From an uncultured virus (IMG/VR IMGVR_UViG_3300044617_000645) (Duplodnaviria > Heunggongvirae > Uroviricota > Caudoviricetes): DNA of 20,000 bases. The notes below the pieces were generated by a model, which saw only the letters and a program-made list of their open reading frames with translations, was not told where the DNA came from and made no database searches. Within the stretch, counting starts at the first letter, position 1, and every line of letters starts with the position of its first letter. Location: IMG/VR virus record IMGVR_UViG_3300044617_000645, one strand, 5' to 3'. This document shows positions 1 through 7,205 of this stretch, in pieces. Made by a program: the position numbers and the translations under genes.

Positions 1-1
1 C

Positions 2-178
2 GATCATATATACCCCGATCATTGCTTTAGTGTTGATACTGAAATGAAAATCACTCATTGGGCCTATGGTGGCTCAGATACAGTAGCCGAGACTGTATAT
101 CAGAGTGTGACCTACATGAATAACCCATATAAAAAGAAAGGGCCATATTGGCCCAAACGTGTTGGAATAGAGACTTAA
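2..178 (+). CDS. 3' end of a gene truncated by the window edge; possibly a degenerate calcineurin-like metallophosphoesterase
   Basis: Frame +2 is open from base 2 to TAA at 176-178 (DHIYPDHCFSVDTEMKITHWAYGGSDTVAETVYQSVTYMNNPYKKKGPYWPKRVGIET*). The W-x-Y-G...Y-x-N-N-P pattern resembles the phosphoesterase C-terminus (WxxGHxH...NPRG) but lacks GHxH. Its stop directly abuts the convergent clpS stop. Confidence 0.6.
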   Translation, partial: DHIYPDHCFSVDTEMKITHWAYGGSDTVAETVYQSVTYMNNPYKKKGPYWPKRVGIET

Positions 179-490
179 TTATTTCTCTGCTTCAACTTTG
201 ACTTGCAATGGATAGCCCTGTGATCTGGCTTCCAGGGTTACTTCAATACCTTTTTGTTCTGCAATCTCATAAGGAAGCACAGCAACTACTGCGCTACCGT
301 TATCATGAATATCTTTTGTGATAGTAGTGGCAGTATCTGGATTATAATTGAAATATTCAATCAATGAACCAACAACAAATTCCATAGTAGTAACTTCATC
401 ATTCATATAGATGATTTTATACATAGGTGGTTCTTGTAGTGCGTGATTGACTTTGATATGTTGTTTTGTTTCTGGATGTGCGTTTGCCAT
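179..490 (-). CDS. clpS: ATP-dependent Clp protease adaptor ClpS
   Basis: Motifs PPMYKIIYMNDEVTTMEFVV, IHDNGSAVV, YEIAEQK and ARSQGYPL. Start moved to the ATG at 490, which follows AAAGGAAACAAAGTA; the longer ORF start runs through a hairpin. Confidence 0.93.
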   Translation of the reverse strand: MANAHPETKQHIKVNHALQEPPMYKIIYMNDEVTTMEFVVGSLIEYFNYNPDTATTITKDIHDNGSAVVAVLPYEIAEQKGIEVTLEARSQGYPLQVKVEAEK

Positions 491-511
491 TACTTTGTTT
501 CCTTTGTTAAA

Positions 512-539
512 GTGTTCGCAGCCTGATGACTGCGAACAC
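512..539 (-). terminator. 10-bp perfect stem-loop between hsp20 and clpS (terminator, attenuator or mRNA stabiliser)
   Basis: Minus strand GTGTTCGCAG-TCATCAGG-CTGCGAACAC, followed by only a short U tract (TTTAAC). Confidence 0.5.
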
Positions 540-553
540 ATGCTACTACTATA

Positions 554-1000
554 TTATTTATTGTAGGAAATTGCAATCTTCTTGGGTTGCAACTCGTCAG
601 GTACTTGACGTTCAAGGGTGATTCCCATGATACCATTGTTAACAACGGCGTCAGATACTTCTACATGGTCGGCGAGAGTAAAAGTGCGGGTAAAATTACG
701 GGCACTGATACCACGATATAGATACTCAACATTACTGTCAAGATCCACGCTCTGGCTACCCTCAATAGTAAGTAGGTTCTTATCCACAGTCACGTTGATA
801 TCCCCTTCCTTGAAACCAGCAACGGCCAATTCGATAACAAACTTGTTGTCGCTATGTTTCACAATATTATATGGGGGATAGTTTGTGTCTTTTTGCTGAT
901 TGGATAGTCTTAGAATTTCATCAAAGACTCCATCAAATCCGACTGCAAACTTGTGAATCGACGGAATGTCGAAGGAACGTAGTGTTAATGTATTTGTCAT
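554..1000 (-). CDS. ibpA: Small heat-shock protein Hsp20 (IbpA-like)
   Basis: Motifs YPPYNI, IELAVAGF, YLYRGISARNFTRTFTL, NGIMGITLER and a C-terminal PKKIAI (IxI motif). Strong SD AAGGAG. Confidence 0.95.
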   Translation of the reverse strand: MTNTLTLRSFDIPSIHKFAVGFDGVFDEILRLSNQQKDTNYPPYNIVKHSDNKFVIELAVAGFKEGDINVTVDKNLLTIEGSQSVDLDSNVEYLYRGISARNFTRTFTLADHVEVSDAVVNNGIMGITLERQVPDELQPKKIAISYNK

Positions 1001-1006
1001 TTGTTT

Positions 1007-1062
1007 TCTCCTTTATTAAGCAAGATGACTATTGTAGACCCGACTATCGGCATCTACAACAG
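1007..1062 (-). promoter_or_regulatory. ROSE-like RNA thermometer leader of hsp20
   Basis: Two hairpins. The 5' stem is CTGTTGTAGATGCCGA-TAG-TCGGGTCTACAATAG (1029-1062). The 3' hairpin TCTTGCTT-AATA-AAGGAGA (1007-1025) pairs UUGCU with the SD and leaves a bulged G, the ROSE signature. Confidence 0.75.
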
Positions 1063-1075
1063 TATTTATTATAAC
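1063..1075 (-). promoter_or_regulatory. TATAATAAATA: overlapping -10-like and T4-late-like promoter element upstream of the hsp20 leader
   Basis: Minus strand TATAATAAATA lies immediately before the first leader hairpin; a second CTAAATA occurs at 1097-1103. Confidence 0.55.
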
Positions 1076-1106
1076 GTGTTTCGCAATAAATTAAAGTATT
1101 TAGGAA

Positions 1107-1328
1107 TTAAAACTTAGACTTAGGGAGATTTTGTTGGTCTATTTGTTTTTTCCAACGTCTTTTGGCTAATTCTCTAGCGAGTTTCTTTTTGACGCTAGGT
1201 TTAGTATATGTCTCTCTATCTTTAAGTTCTAATAGTAAGCCGGACTCCTGCACCTTTTTCTTTAGTTTTCTTAGTGCTTTTTCTACGTTTCCGTCTTTGA
1301 CTATTACTTTTCTACCGTATAAATTCAT
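1107..1328 (-). CDS. rpsU: Phage-encoded 30S ribosomal protein bS21
   Basis: 73 aa basic protein with VIVKDGNVEKALRKLKKKV...GLLLELKDRETYTKPSVKKK, matching the bS21 pattern (E.ALRRFK...G...E...RE.YEKP). ATGA overlap with the clpX stop. Confidence 0.9.
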   Translation of the reverse strand: MNLYGRKVIVKDGNVEKALRKLKKKVQESGLLLELKDRETYTKPSVKKKLARELAKRRWKKQIDQQNLPKSKF

Positions 1329-2542
1329 ATTAATGTCTCAGGATTTTTCACAAGGTCCTGAATAATATTTATCTCCGCAACGTCACTTTCCTTGTATCTG
1401 CTGATGTTAAACATGTGGGGCATGAGTACTCGTTCTAGTTCGCTTTGTATGCCCCTAGCACCGGTTTTTAACTTAAGACAGTTATCAGCCATCTGTTCTA
1501 TAGCACCCTTGCTAAATTTGAGTTTGATCTTGTCGATGCTGAATAGATATGTATATTGATCAATTAGATTGTTTTTGACCTTGGTCATGACTTCGACTAA
1601 CTGTTTCTTATCTAAATCCTCTACAGATATAGAAGTAGCGAATCTACCAACAAATTCAGGTATCAAACCAAATCGTGTCAAGTCGTCCGGACTTACTCTA
1701 TCTAAGAAACTTTCATCAGTATTTGGCTTTACTTCAGCATTGAAGCCTATGCTGGTTCCCTTGATGCGAGACTTGACGATATCGTTCAATCCTACAAACG
1801 CACCGCCCGCTATGAACAATATGTTCCTAGTATCAATCATATCCATCTTGCCGTCAGGGTGCTTTCTCCCGCCATTAGCAGGAATACGACAACGTGTTCC
1901 TTCTATCAGTTTCAGTAGTGCTTGCTGAACGCCCTCACCACTAACGTCACGGGTGATACTAGTGCTTTCGCTTTTACGTGCGATCTTGTCAATCTCATCG
2001 ATGAATATGATTCCACGTTCGGCTAGTTGTATATCTCCACCGGCTTCTTGTAATAACATAGCGATCATGCTTTCGACATCATCACCTACGTAGCCCGCTT
2101 CAGTTAAACTTGTAGCATCGGCTATGACAAAAGGAACACGCAAAAACTTAGCGGCTGTCTTAGCCAATAAGGTTTTACCGGAACCAGTAGGACCTAGCAA
2201 CAATACATTACCTTTTTGAATCTCAAGATTATCCGGCGGATGCATGATACGCTTATAATGATTAGCGATAGCGACAGACAAGGTAACTTTAGCGTTATGT
2301 TGCCCGACTACATGCCCATTTAAGTGATCATAAATGTTTAGGGCATCTACATCTCTTAACGCCTCTAACATCTGATGTTGTTTCTCATCATCAGGCTTTA
2401 TGTCTTTACTAACAAGATCGTGGCATAGATACGTGCAATAATCACATATTGCTACCTCACCGGACACAATTAATTTTTTTCTTTTATCCTTATGGGTACC
2501 ACAAAAAGAACAGGTTTCTAAATGTTTTTCTTCATCACTCAT
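1325..2542 (-). CDS. clpX: ATP-dependent Clp protease ATP-binding subunit ClpX
   Basis: C4 zinc domain (CSFC...ICDYC), Walker A GPTGSGKT, pore-1 GYVG, Walker B IIFIDEIDK, pore-2 RDVSGEGVQQALLK, RKH loop (GGRKHP), ClpP-docking IGF loop and sensor GARG. Confidence 0.97.
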   Translation of the reverse strand: MSDEEKHLETCSFCGTHKDKRKKLIVSGEVAICDYCTYLCHDLVSKDIKPDDEKQHQMLEALRDVDALNIYDHLNGHVVGQHNAKVTLSVAIANHYKRIMHPPDNLEIQKGNVLLLGPTGSGKTLLAKTAAKFLRVPFVIADATSLTEAGYVGDDVESMIAMLLQEAGGDIQLAERGIIFIDEIDKIARKSESTSITRDVSGEGVQQALLKLIEGTRCRIPANGGRKHPDGKMDMIDTRNILFIAGGAFVGLNDIVKSRIKGTSIGFNAEVKPNTDESFLDRVSPDDLTRFGLIPEFVGRFATSISVEDLDKKQLVEVMTKVKNNLIDQYTYLFSIDKIKLKFSKGAIEQMADNCLKLKTGARGIQSELERVLMPHMFNISRYKESDVAEINIIQDLVKNPETLI

Positions 2543-2571
2543 GACTTTACTTAGTGCCTTAAATTGTTATG

Positions 2572-3519
2572 TTATAATTTGCAATCACGTGCCGCAACAA
2601 CATCTACGTATATATCATATATGACATCTGCAGGTACTGTCAGTTTAATGCGCATGGTTCCTGCATTGCGGTCATTGCCGAATACAGTTAATCGATTATT
2701 TACGCCTATGCTGTAGAATATGCCGCCTGCTCGGTACTCAGGATTATAACAGATATTCAATACTTGTCTGCCGCGATCATCTCTAGCCTTTACCTTCAGA
2801 CGCAGTTCGTTTTGGTTTACAAACTTGCTTTTTAGATAATCAAGTCTATGTAAATCATCGATGAAATATTTATTGTGCTTACCTAACAATAAATCATTAG
2901 GATTTTTAGCAGAAACATTGATCACCCCACGGCCTATAGGAGTCTCTATCTCAGAGAATATCTCATTCATCGATGTGACAAAATTGTAATTCCATCTGAT
3001 ATCATAGGGTACCATCAGATAGAAGTTTCTATATGAATCTGTTGTAAAGTATGGATTTTTAGTTTGTTGCAAATTATAGGCACGATAAGGATAATCGCGA
3101 AATACTTCATCAATTAATCTATCGCCTTTCTGCTGTTCATGGCGAATAGTATGTACTTGTGCATTGACGATATTACTGTCAAATTGATTTTTAGAATTAG
3201 ATTTGCTGAACAATCTTTCGGATGTTTTGTTATTGGTCACCGTCACATTGATCTTTATTTGAGTACCAATATCCTCTAGTATCTCGTATTTCTCTACACG
3301 ACAACTACTGTATGAGATTACTTGATCATGAACCGTCTTTCCGTTGAAATGTTCACGGTCGCTTAACACGGCAGTACCGCATATATTTTCTATGGCAGTA
3401 CGGAAAGCGTCCTTCTTGGCAGATTCGCGGTCGGCACCATAACCATATACAGTTATAGATTCAGCACCGACCGCGATTCCCGCAAATGATAGAAGGATCG
3501 CAGTAGCGATCTTCTTCAT
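2572..3519 (-). CDS. Exported protein with signal peptide and LPP20/FlgT-N-like N-terminal domain
   Basis: Signal peptide MKKIATAILLSFAGIAVGA, then ITVYGYGADRESAKKDAFRTAIENICGTAVLS (G.G....A...A...A.E...G pattern). ATG at 3519 lies 1 nt after the upstream stop. Confidence 0.65.
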   Translation of the reverse strand: MKKIATAILLSFAGIAVGAESITVYGYGADRESAKKDAFRTAIENICGTAVLSDREHFNGKTVHDQVISYSSCRVEKYEILEDIGTQIKINVTVTNNKTSERLFSKSNSKNQFDSNIVNAQVHTIRHEQQKGDRLIDEVFRDYPYRAYNLQQTKNPYFTTDSYRNFYLMVPYDIRWNYNFVTSMNEIFSEIETPIGRGVINVSAKNPNDLLLGKHNKYFIDDLHRLDYLKSKFVNQNELRLKVKARDDRGRQVLNICYNPEYRAGGIFYSIGVNNRLTVFGNDRNAGTMRIKLTVPADVIYDIYVDVVAARDCKL

Positions 3520-3520
3520 A

Positions 3521-4159
3521 TTAGCCGCCAGCAATCAAGCCACGTACTTGTCGAATGTCATTACTATCATACTTGTTCCAATTGATAGTACATGCCACAG
3601 TCTTGGGATCTACAAGATTAGTCTTACTGATCGCAAAACCTACAAGACGACCTTGAGCATTAACAGTAACAGTTCTGACGATATCAATGTCAGTGTTGAT
3701 CAATGCTTCGCGGACGCTATAGTTGGTATCCTTGTTAGGATCATCGGGACTCATAGAAACATCAGGTCCGATCTCAGTTTGGCTCTTGAATCTATCCTTC
3801 TGATTCTCGTTCTGGTTGTTCTTAGTAATAGTACGGCGATTTTCGGAAACGTTCATACCAAACACATAAGCGACTACGTTAGCACGGGCATTATCACACG
3901 CCATACTAGTCGTAGACTTCTGAAGCAATCGGGTAGCACCAACACTAGGTTGCACACCTACAGCCTGAATGCCGATCACTTCGCACTGTTTGCTATTCCA
4001 TAGCCACCCGCACTTCTTATCAATCTTGATAGTCTCGCCGGGAACGTTTGTTGCGAAAGTTTGAGATTCGATTGTGGGAATCTCGCCCTTCTTAGGACCA
4101 TTACTAGAACAACCAGCAATAGCCAATGCAACACCTGCAACAATTAAACTAGACTTCAT
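3521..4159 (-). CDS. Lipoprotein (possibly LPP20-like)
   Basis: MKSSLIVAGVALAIAG-C lipobox; SD GGAGA before the ATG at 4159; own sigma70 promoter. Confidence 0.75.
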   Translation of the reverse strand: MKSSLIVAGVALAIAGCSSNGPKKGEIPTIESQTFATNVPGETIKIDKKCGWLWNSKQCEVIGIQAVGVQPSVGATRLLQKSTTSMACDNARANVVAYVFGMNVSENRRTITKNNQNENQKDRFKSQTEIGPDVSMSPDDPNKDTNYSVREALINTDIDIVRTVTVNAQGRLVGFAISKTNLVDPKTVACTINWNKYDSNDIRQVRGLIAGG

Positions 4160-4193
4160 AAACGTTTTCTCCATAGTTGTGAAACGTATAATG

Positions 4194-4222
4194 ATTATAG
4201 AATAGTCTACTGTTTAGGTCAA
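4194..4222 (-). promoter_or_regulatory. sigma70-type promoter for the lipoprotein/exported protein pair
   Basis: TTGACC-N17-TATAAT on the minus strand. Confidence 0.8.
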
Positions 4223-4845
4223 GTGTTTTGGTTACCTTTTAGATGTGCTTCTATCTCAGCCTTTTCGTCATCGCTGAATACATCCAAATCGTATTCGCCC
4301 GAATTCAATTTCTCAATCAAAAACTCAATGTACTCCTTGTTGTACATATAACTTTGGCTAGTGTTCTTATTTTGCTCTAACCATTTTTTACCGTCAAACT
4401 TGAATACACGATTTGGTAACACATCTACGCGAACGAATATATCACCTTTCGCGGCTATTTTGGGAAACTGTGTTCCAAATCCTGTACTCTTTTGAGCACC
4501 TAAATCTGCTTTGGCAGAGAATAAATCCGGACGCAATTCTTTCAGTGCGTTGCTCTGATATAAAGAACTATTGAATTCTACGTAGCCGTTACCTACATCC
4601 TTTAAAGGGGTAACACCCTCAGTTATTATTTCTTTGGGGGCAACAACTTCTTGAACAGATTTAATATCGGGCTTCGGCTCCAGTTTGTTAGGTTCTTCCA
4701 ACTTAACTTTTCTTTTACGTTTAGTTGGCTTAGGCTGGAACGTAACTTGCTTGAGAGGTTTGACGGGCTTAGTGACTTTATTTGGTCTAATCTTGGCAAC
4801 TTTAAGTTTAGGTTGCTCAACTTTAGCCTTTCGCTTAACTTTTTT
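4219..4845 (-). CDS. -1 frame ORF; likely frameshifted C-terminal extension of the upstream membrane protein (ORF track start is TTG at 4701)
   Basis: The frame is open from just after TAG (4855-4857) through the A9 run to TGA at 4219. It has no ATG or SD near its beginning. It encodes a Lys/Pro-rich linker and then a globular-looking domain (GFGTQFP...KGDIFVRVDVLPNRVFKFDGKKW). Confidence 0.75.
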   Translation of the reverse strand, partial: KKVKRKAKVEQPKLKVAKIRPNKVTKPVKPLKQVTFQPKPTKRKRKVKLEEPNKLEPKPDIKSVQEVVAPKEIITEGVTPLKDVGNGYVEFNSSLYQSNALKELRPDLFSAKADLGAQKSTGFGTQFPKIAAKGDIFVRVDVLPNRVFKFDGKKWLEQNKNTSQSYMYNKEYIEFLIEKLNSGEYDLDVFSDDEKAEIEAHLKGNQNT

Positions 4846-5831
4846 TTTACAGGACTATCCTGCTTTACTTCTTCTTTAACTAAGCCGCCGTCGGCAGTGA
4901 GTTCTGCATCCCCTGCTTTTGGCTCAATAGGCTCGCTTGTTTGTTCTTTTTCTTCAGGGGTTAATGGTAGATATCCTGCTGTGGTGGCCGGAACAAACTC
5001 TTCCTTCTTTTCAAATTCCCATTTATAACTACTGATTGCGGCGATCACAAGCATCAATGCTAATGGGTCAAATACAAAAATCAATAGTATGATTACCCAA
5101 CGGACGGCCTTTTCTAACAACGCATTGTCTGGGTTGTCACCATATATCAATGCCGCGATATATTTTATAGGACCTACTTCTGCTTCAATCTTACGAAACT
5201 GAGTGGCTAACGGAGCCTTTTCTAAACTCAATGCCTGTATAGTCTGATTTGATTTTTCTATACGGGACTGTGCATCATCAATCTCTTTTGTATATGCCTG
5301 TCTATCTCTACGCTGTGCGGCTCTTATCTGTACGGATCTTTCTGCACTTGCCTCACTAGTGCCGCGATCCAGTCTTGCGGACACTTGAGCATCCATCTGT
5401 GATAATGCTCTGCGGGCAGATTCTATATTTTCGCGCTCACTGCTTATCAATTCACGCTGAATAGCGATCTTCTCATCGATTAAACTTATCTGAGCAGCCA
5501 CATCGCCTGTAGGTATACCCTGATCCATATGGGCTTTGCTTAAGAAGCCGAATATGCCCATGCTTGTGACAAGTGCTAATACTGCTACAGCACCTGTCAA
5601 ATATGTTTTCATCAACCATCTACATCTTTCCCAATATCGGTGCAACCATATCGTTGTAACAATCTTGGCTACCTCGAGACTACCTCCCATGATGATCACG
5701 GGTATGACGGCGGCAGCGAATATAGCGGTCAAACCGACTACGCTATACCAGGCTGCTATGGCACTGAGCGTTAATGCTGTGATTAACGCTAATGTAGATA
5801 GGCTAAATACTTTCCTTATTAATAGTGGCAT
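4626..5831 (-). CDS. Multi-pass membrane protein with long coiled coil (phage hypothetical)
   Basis: Three N-terminal hydrophobic segments (ALITALTLSAIAAWYSVVGLTAIFAAAVIPVIIMGGSLE; YLTGAVAVLALVTSMGIFGFLSKAH), a heptad-rich middle, and a further TM segment (WVIILLIFVFDPLALMLVIAA). Start placed at the ATG at 5831, 5 nt after ATAAATA. Confidence 0.85.
   Translation of the reverse strand: MPLLIRKVFSLSTLALITALTLSAIAAWYSVVGLTAIFAAAVIPVIIMGGSLEVAKIVTTIWLHRYWERCRWLMKTYLTGAVAVLALVTSMGIFGFLSKAHMDQGIPTGDVAAQISLIDEKIAIQRELISSERENIESARRALSQMDAQVSARLDRGTSEASAERSVQIRAAQRRDRQAYTKEIDDAQSRIEKSNQTIQALSLEKAPLATQFRKIEAEVGPIKYIAALIYGDNPDNALLEKAVRWVIILLIFVFDPLALMLVIAAISSYKWEFEKKEEFVPATTAGYLPLTPEEKEQTSEPIEPKAGDAELTADGGLVKEEVKQDSPVKKKLSERLKLSNLNLKLPRLDQIKSLSPSNLSSKLRSSLSQLNVKEKLSWKNLTNWSRSPILNLFKKLLPPKK
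4839..4863 (-). other. Putative programmed -1 frameshift / transcriptional slippage signal
   Basis: Minus strand GCAGGA-TAG-TCCTGT-AAAAAAAAA-G. It contains an in-frame A_AAA_AAG heptamer (4845-4839) inside an A9 run, with an upstream hairpin and SD-like AGGA about 12 nt before the heptamer. Confidence 0.7.
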
Positions 5832-5870
5832 TAATATATTTATTACGAATTGCACCAAAATAAGTGCATA

Positions 5871-6104
5871 TTATTCTCTAGGTTCAGGAGCCTCTCCTTT
5901 ACCAAACAAATGCCCGTAATTGCCTAAAAACTCTGTAAGAGACTGCACAAGATTTCGTGGAATGCCTGGACCTTGTTGTACTAGATATCCTACAATAAAG
6001 TCTTCGTCACCGCGCCATTTGATATGCTTAACTTCAAGCCAGTCACCATCAGCGAACATATATCGCTGACCTACTAAATCTTCGTAGCCGCTGAGTTTAG
6101 TCAT
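5871..6104 (-). CDS. Hypothetical protein (77 aa)
   Basis: ORF in the packed minus-strand array; the ATG at 6104 overlaps the end of the upstream gene. Confidence 0.75.
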   Translation of the reverse strand: MTKLSGYEDLVGQRYMFADGDWLEVKHIKWRGDEDFIVGYLVQQGPGIPRNLVQSLTEFLGNYGHLFGKGEAPEPRE

Positions 6105-6387
6105 CTTCGCCGGGAACCTCATAGGCTACGTCATAGCCACCCTTGCGATCACTGAACCAATCATCATCACGGTCGTAATCGTAGTTTTCGATGAACTCTA
6201 AGAAATTATCATGCTCTTCATCAGTAGGTTCTTCACCTTCTGGTTCGTTCCAATCATTGCTAGTCATATGGCTAGCGATCTCTTTGAAACGTTCTACTGA
6301 ACCAAAGTTCTCAATGATATCTTCTTCAGGGATATCATAATTAAAATGACTATGTACTTGGTGATACTCAATTTTTACGAATTTCAT
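6097..6387 (-). CDS. Highly acidic small hypothetical protein (96 aa)
   Basis: SD AAGGAG before the ATG at 6387; about 30% Asp/Glu. Confidence 0.85.
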   Translation of the reverse strand: MKFVKIEYHQVHSHFNYDIPEEDIIENFGSVERFKEIASHMTSNDWNEPEGEEPTDEEHDNFLEFIENYDYDRDDDWFSDRKGGYDVAYEVPGEDD

Positions 6388-6398
6388 GGTTTTCTCCT

Positions 6399-6599
6399 TT
6401 ACCAACTATCTGAATGTGTGACGTTAACGCGAACAGTTACCGGTGTACTATTTAATACAAAATCAAACTCCATAGATAAAGTAGATCCGATATCGCTCTC
6501 ATTATCATAAATCAATTTTATAACACCGTCTACTTCATTCTCTCTTACGACATTAACTATAAAGTCTAATTCTTGTTTGGTTATATAAATTTCATTCAT
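6399..6599 (-). CDS. Hypothetical protein (66 aa)
   Basis: ATGA overlap with the upstream stop; GGAG upstream. Confidence 0.8.
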   Translation of the reverse strand: MNEIYITKQELDFIVNVVRENEVDGVIKLIYDNESDIGSTLSMEFDFVLNSTPVTVRVNVTHSDSW

Positions 6600-6829
6600 T
6601 CTTCAACTCCGAAATGTTCTTTAATATCTTTAAGATGTTTCATGGAACGCAAATACTTTTCAGTATTGTGGCCATCACGGGTAATACCCATCTGAATAGT
6701 TAGAATACATTCTTTCACAATCAACTGGGCAAACTTTTCTTTGTCAAAGATCCATCCCTCGCCACTGTTTGCTGTTGGCTCAATATAGGTAGTAGCCTGT
6801 ACGGCAAGTAGTTTAATTCGTTCGTTCAT
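6596..6829 (-). CDS. Small 'MNER...FAxLI...HFG' family protein, copy 3
   Basis: MNERIKLLA...EKFAQLIVKEC...IKEHFGVEE; ATGA-coupled. Confidence 0.85.
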   Translation of the reverse strand: MNERIKLLAVQATTYIEPTANSGEGWIFDKEKFAQLIVKECILTIQMGITRDGHNTEKYLRSMKHLKDIKEHFGVEE

Positions 6830-7041
6830 AGTTCAACGCCGAAATGTTGTTTAATCTGTTCACTGATCATCCGGCCTGTCCAAGCAGGATGATCCTCACA
6901 AGTCTGCAACATTTCCCGAACAATCAACTCGGCGAACTTTTCAGTATCAAAACGATCTACCATGTAACTGTTAAACGCAGTAGTACCTCGTTGTTCACGG
7001 ACAATGCATTGTGATTTTAATAATGCGATACGTTCATTCAT
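6826..7041 (-). CDS. Small 'MNER...FAxLI...HFG' family protein, copy 2
   Basis: MNERIALL...EKFAELIVREM...IKQHFGVEL; the start at 7041 overlaps the upstream TGA (TGATG). Confidence 0.85.
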   Translation of the reverse strand: MNERIALLKSQCIVREQRGTTAFNSYMVDRFDTEKFAELIVREMLQTCEDHPAWTGRMISEQIKQHFGVEL

Positions 7042-7205
7042 CAAAAGTGTTTCCCAAAAAGACAATACACAGCAAATCGTTTCCAAGTCTTAGGTTGTGT
7101 ATTACGTGTAGCAACTTGCATAGGATTCTGTCGCCATGTCATGCCATCAGGTCCCCACTGCCAGTGATATGTACCGAATCTGATATTGAACCATAAGTTA
7201 CTCAT
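7041..7205 (-). CDS. Small Trp-rich hypothetical protein (54 aa), absent from the ORF track
   Basis: MSNLWFNIRFGTYHWQWGPDGMTWRQNPMQVATRNTQPKTWKRFAVYCLFGKHF*. It fills the gap exactly, with start/stop overlaps at both ends. Confidence 0.8.
   Translation of the reverse strand: MSNLWFNIRFGTYHWQWGPDGMTWRQNPMQVATRNTQPKTWKRFAVYCLFGKHF

Noticed and set aside
179..2542. Bacterial chromosomal origin of the clpX/rpsU/ibpA/clpS block
   Set aside because: There is no clpP-clpX-lon, clpS-clpA or rpsU-dnaG context, and the flanking genes (T4-like ligase, RNase H, small coupled ORFs) are phage-like.
4219..5831. Pseudogene interpretation of the split membrane protein gene
   Set aside because: There is a single frame break, exactly at a canonical slippery sequence, and both parts are otherwise intact. 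Programmed recoding or an assembly error is more likely than decay.
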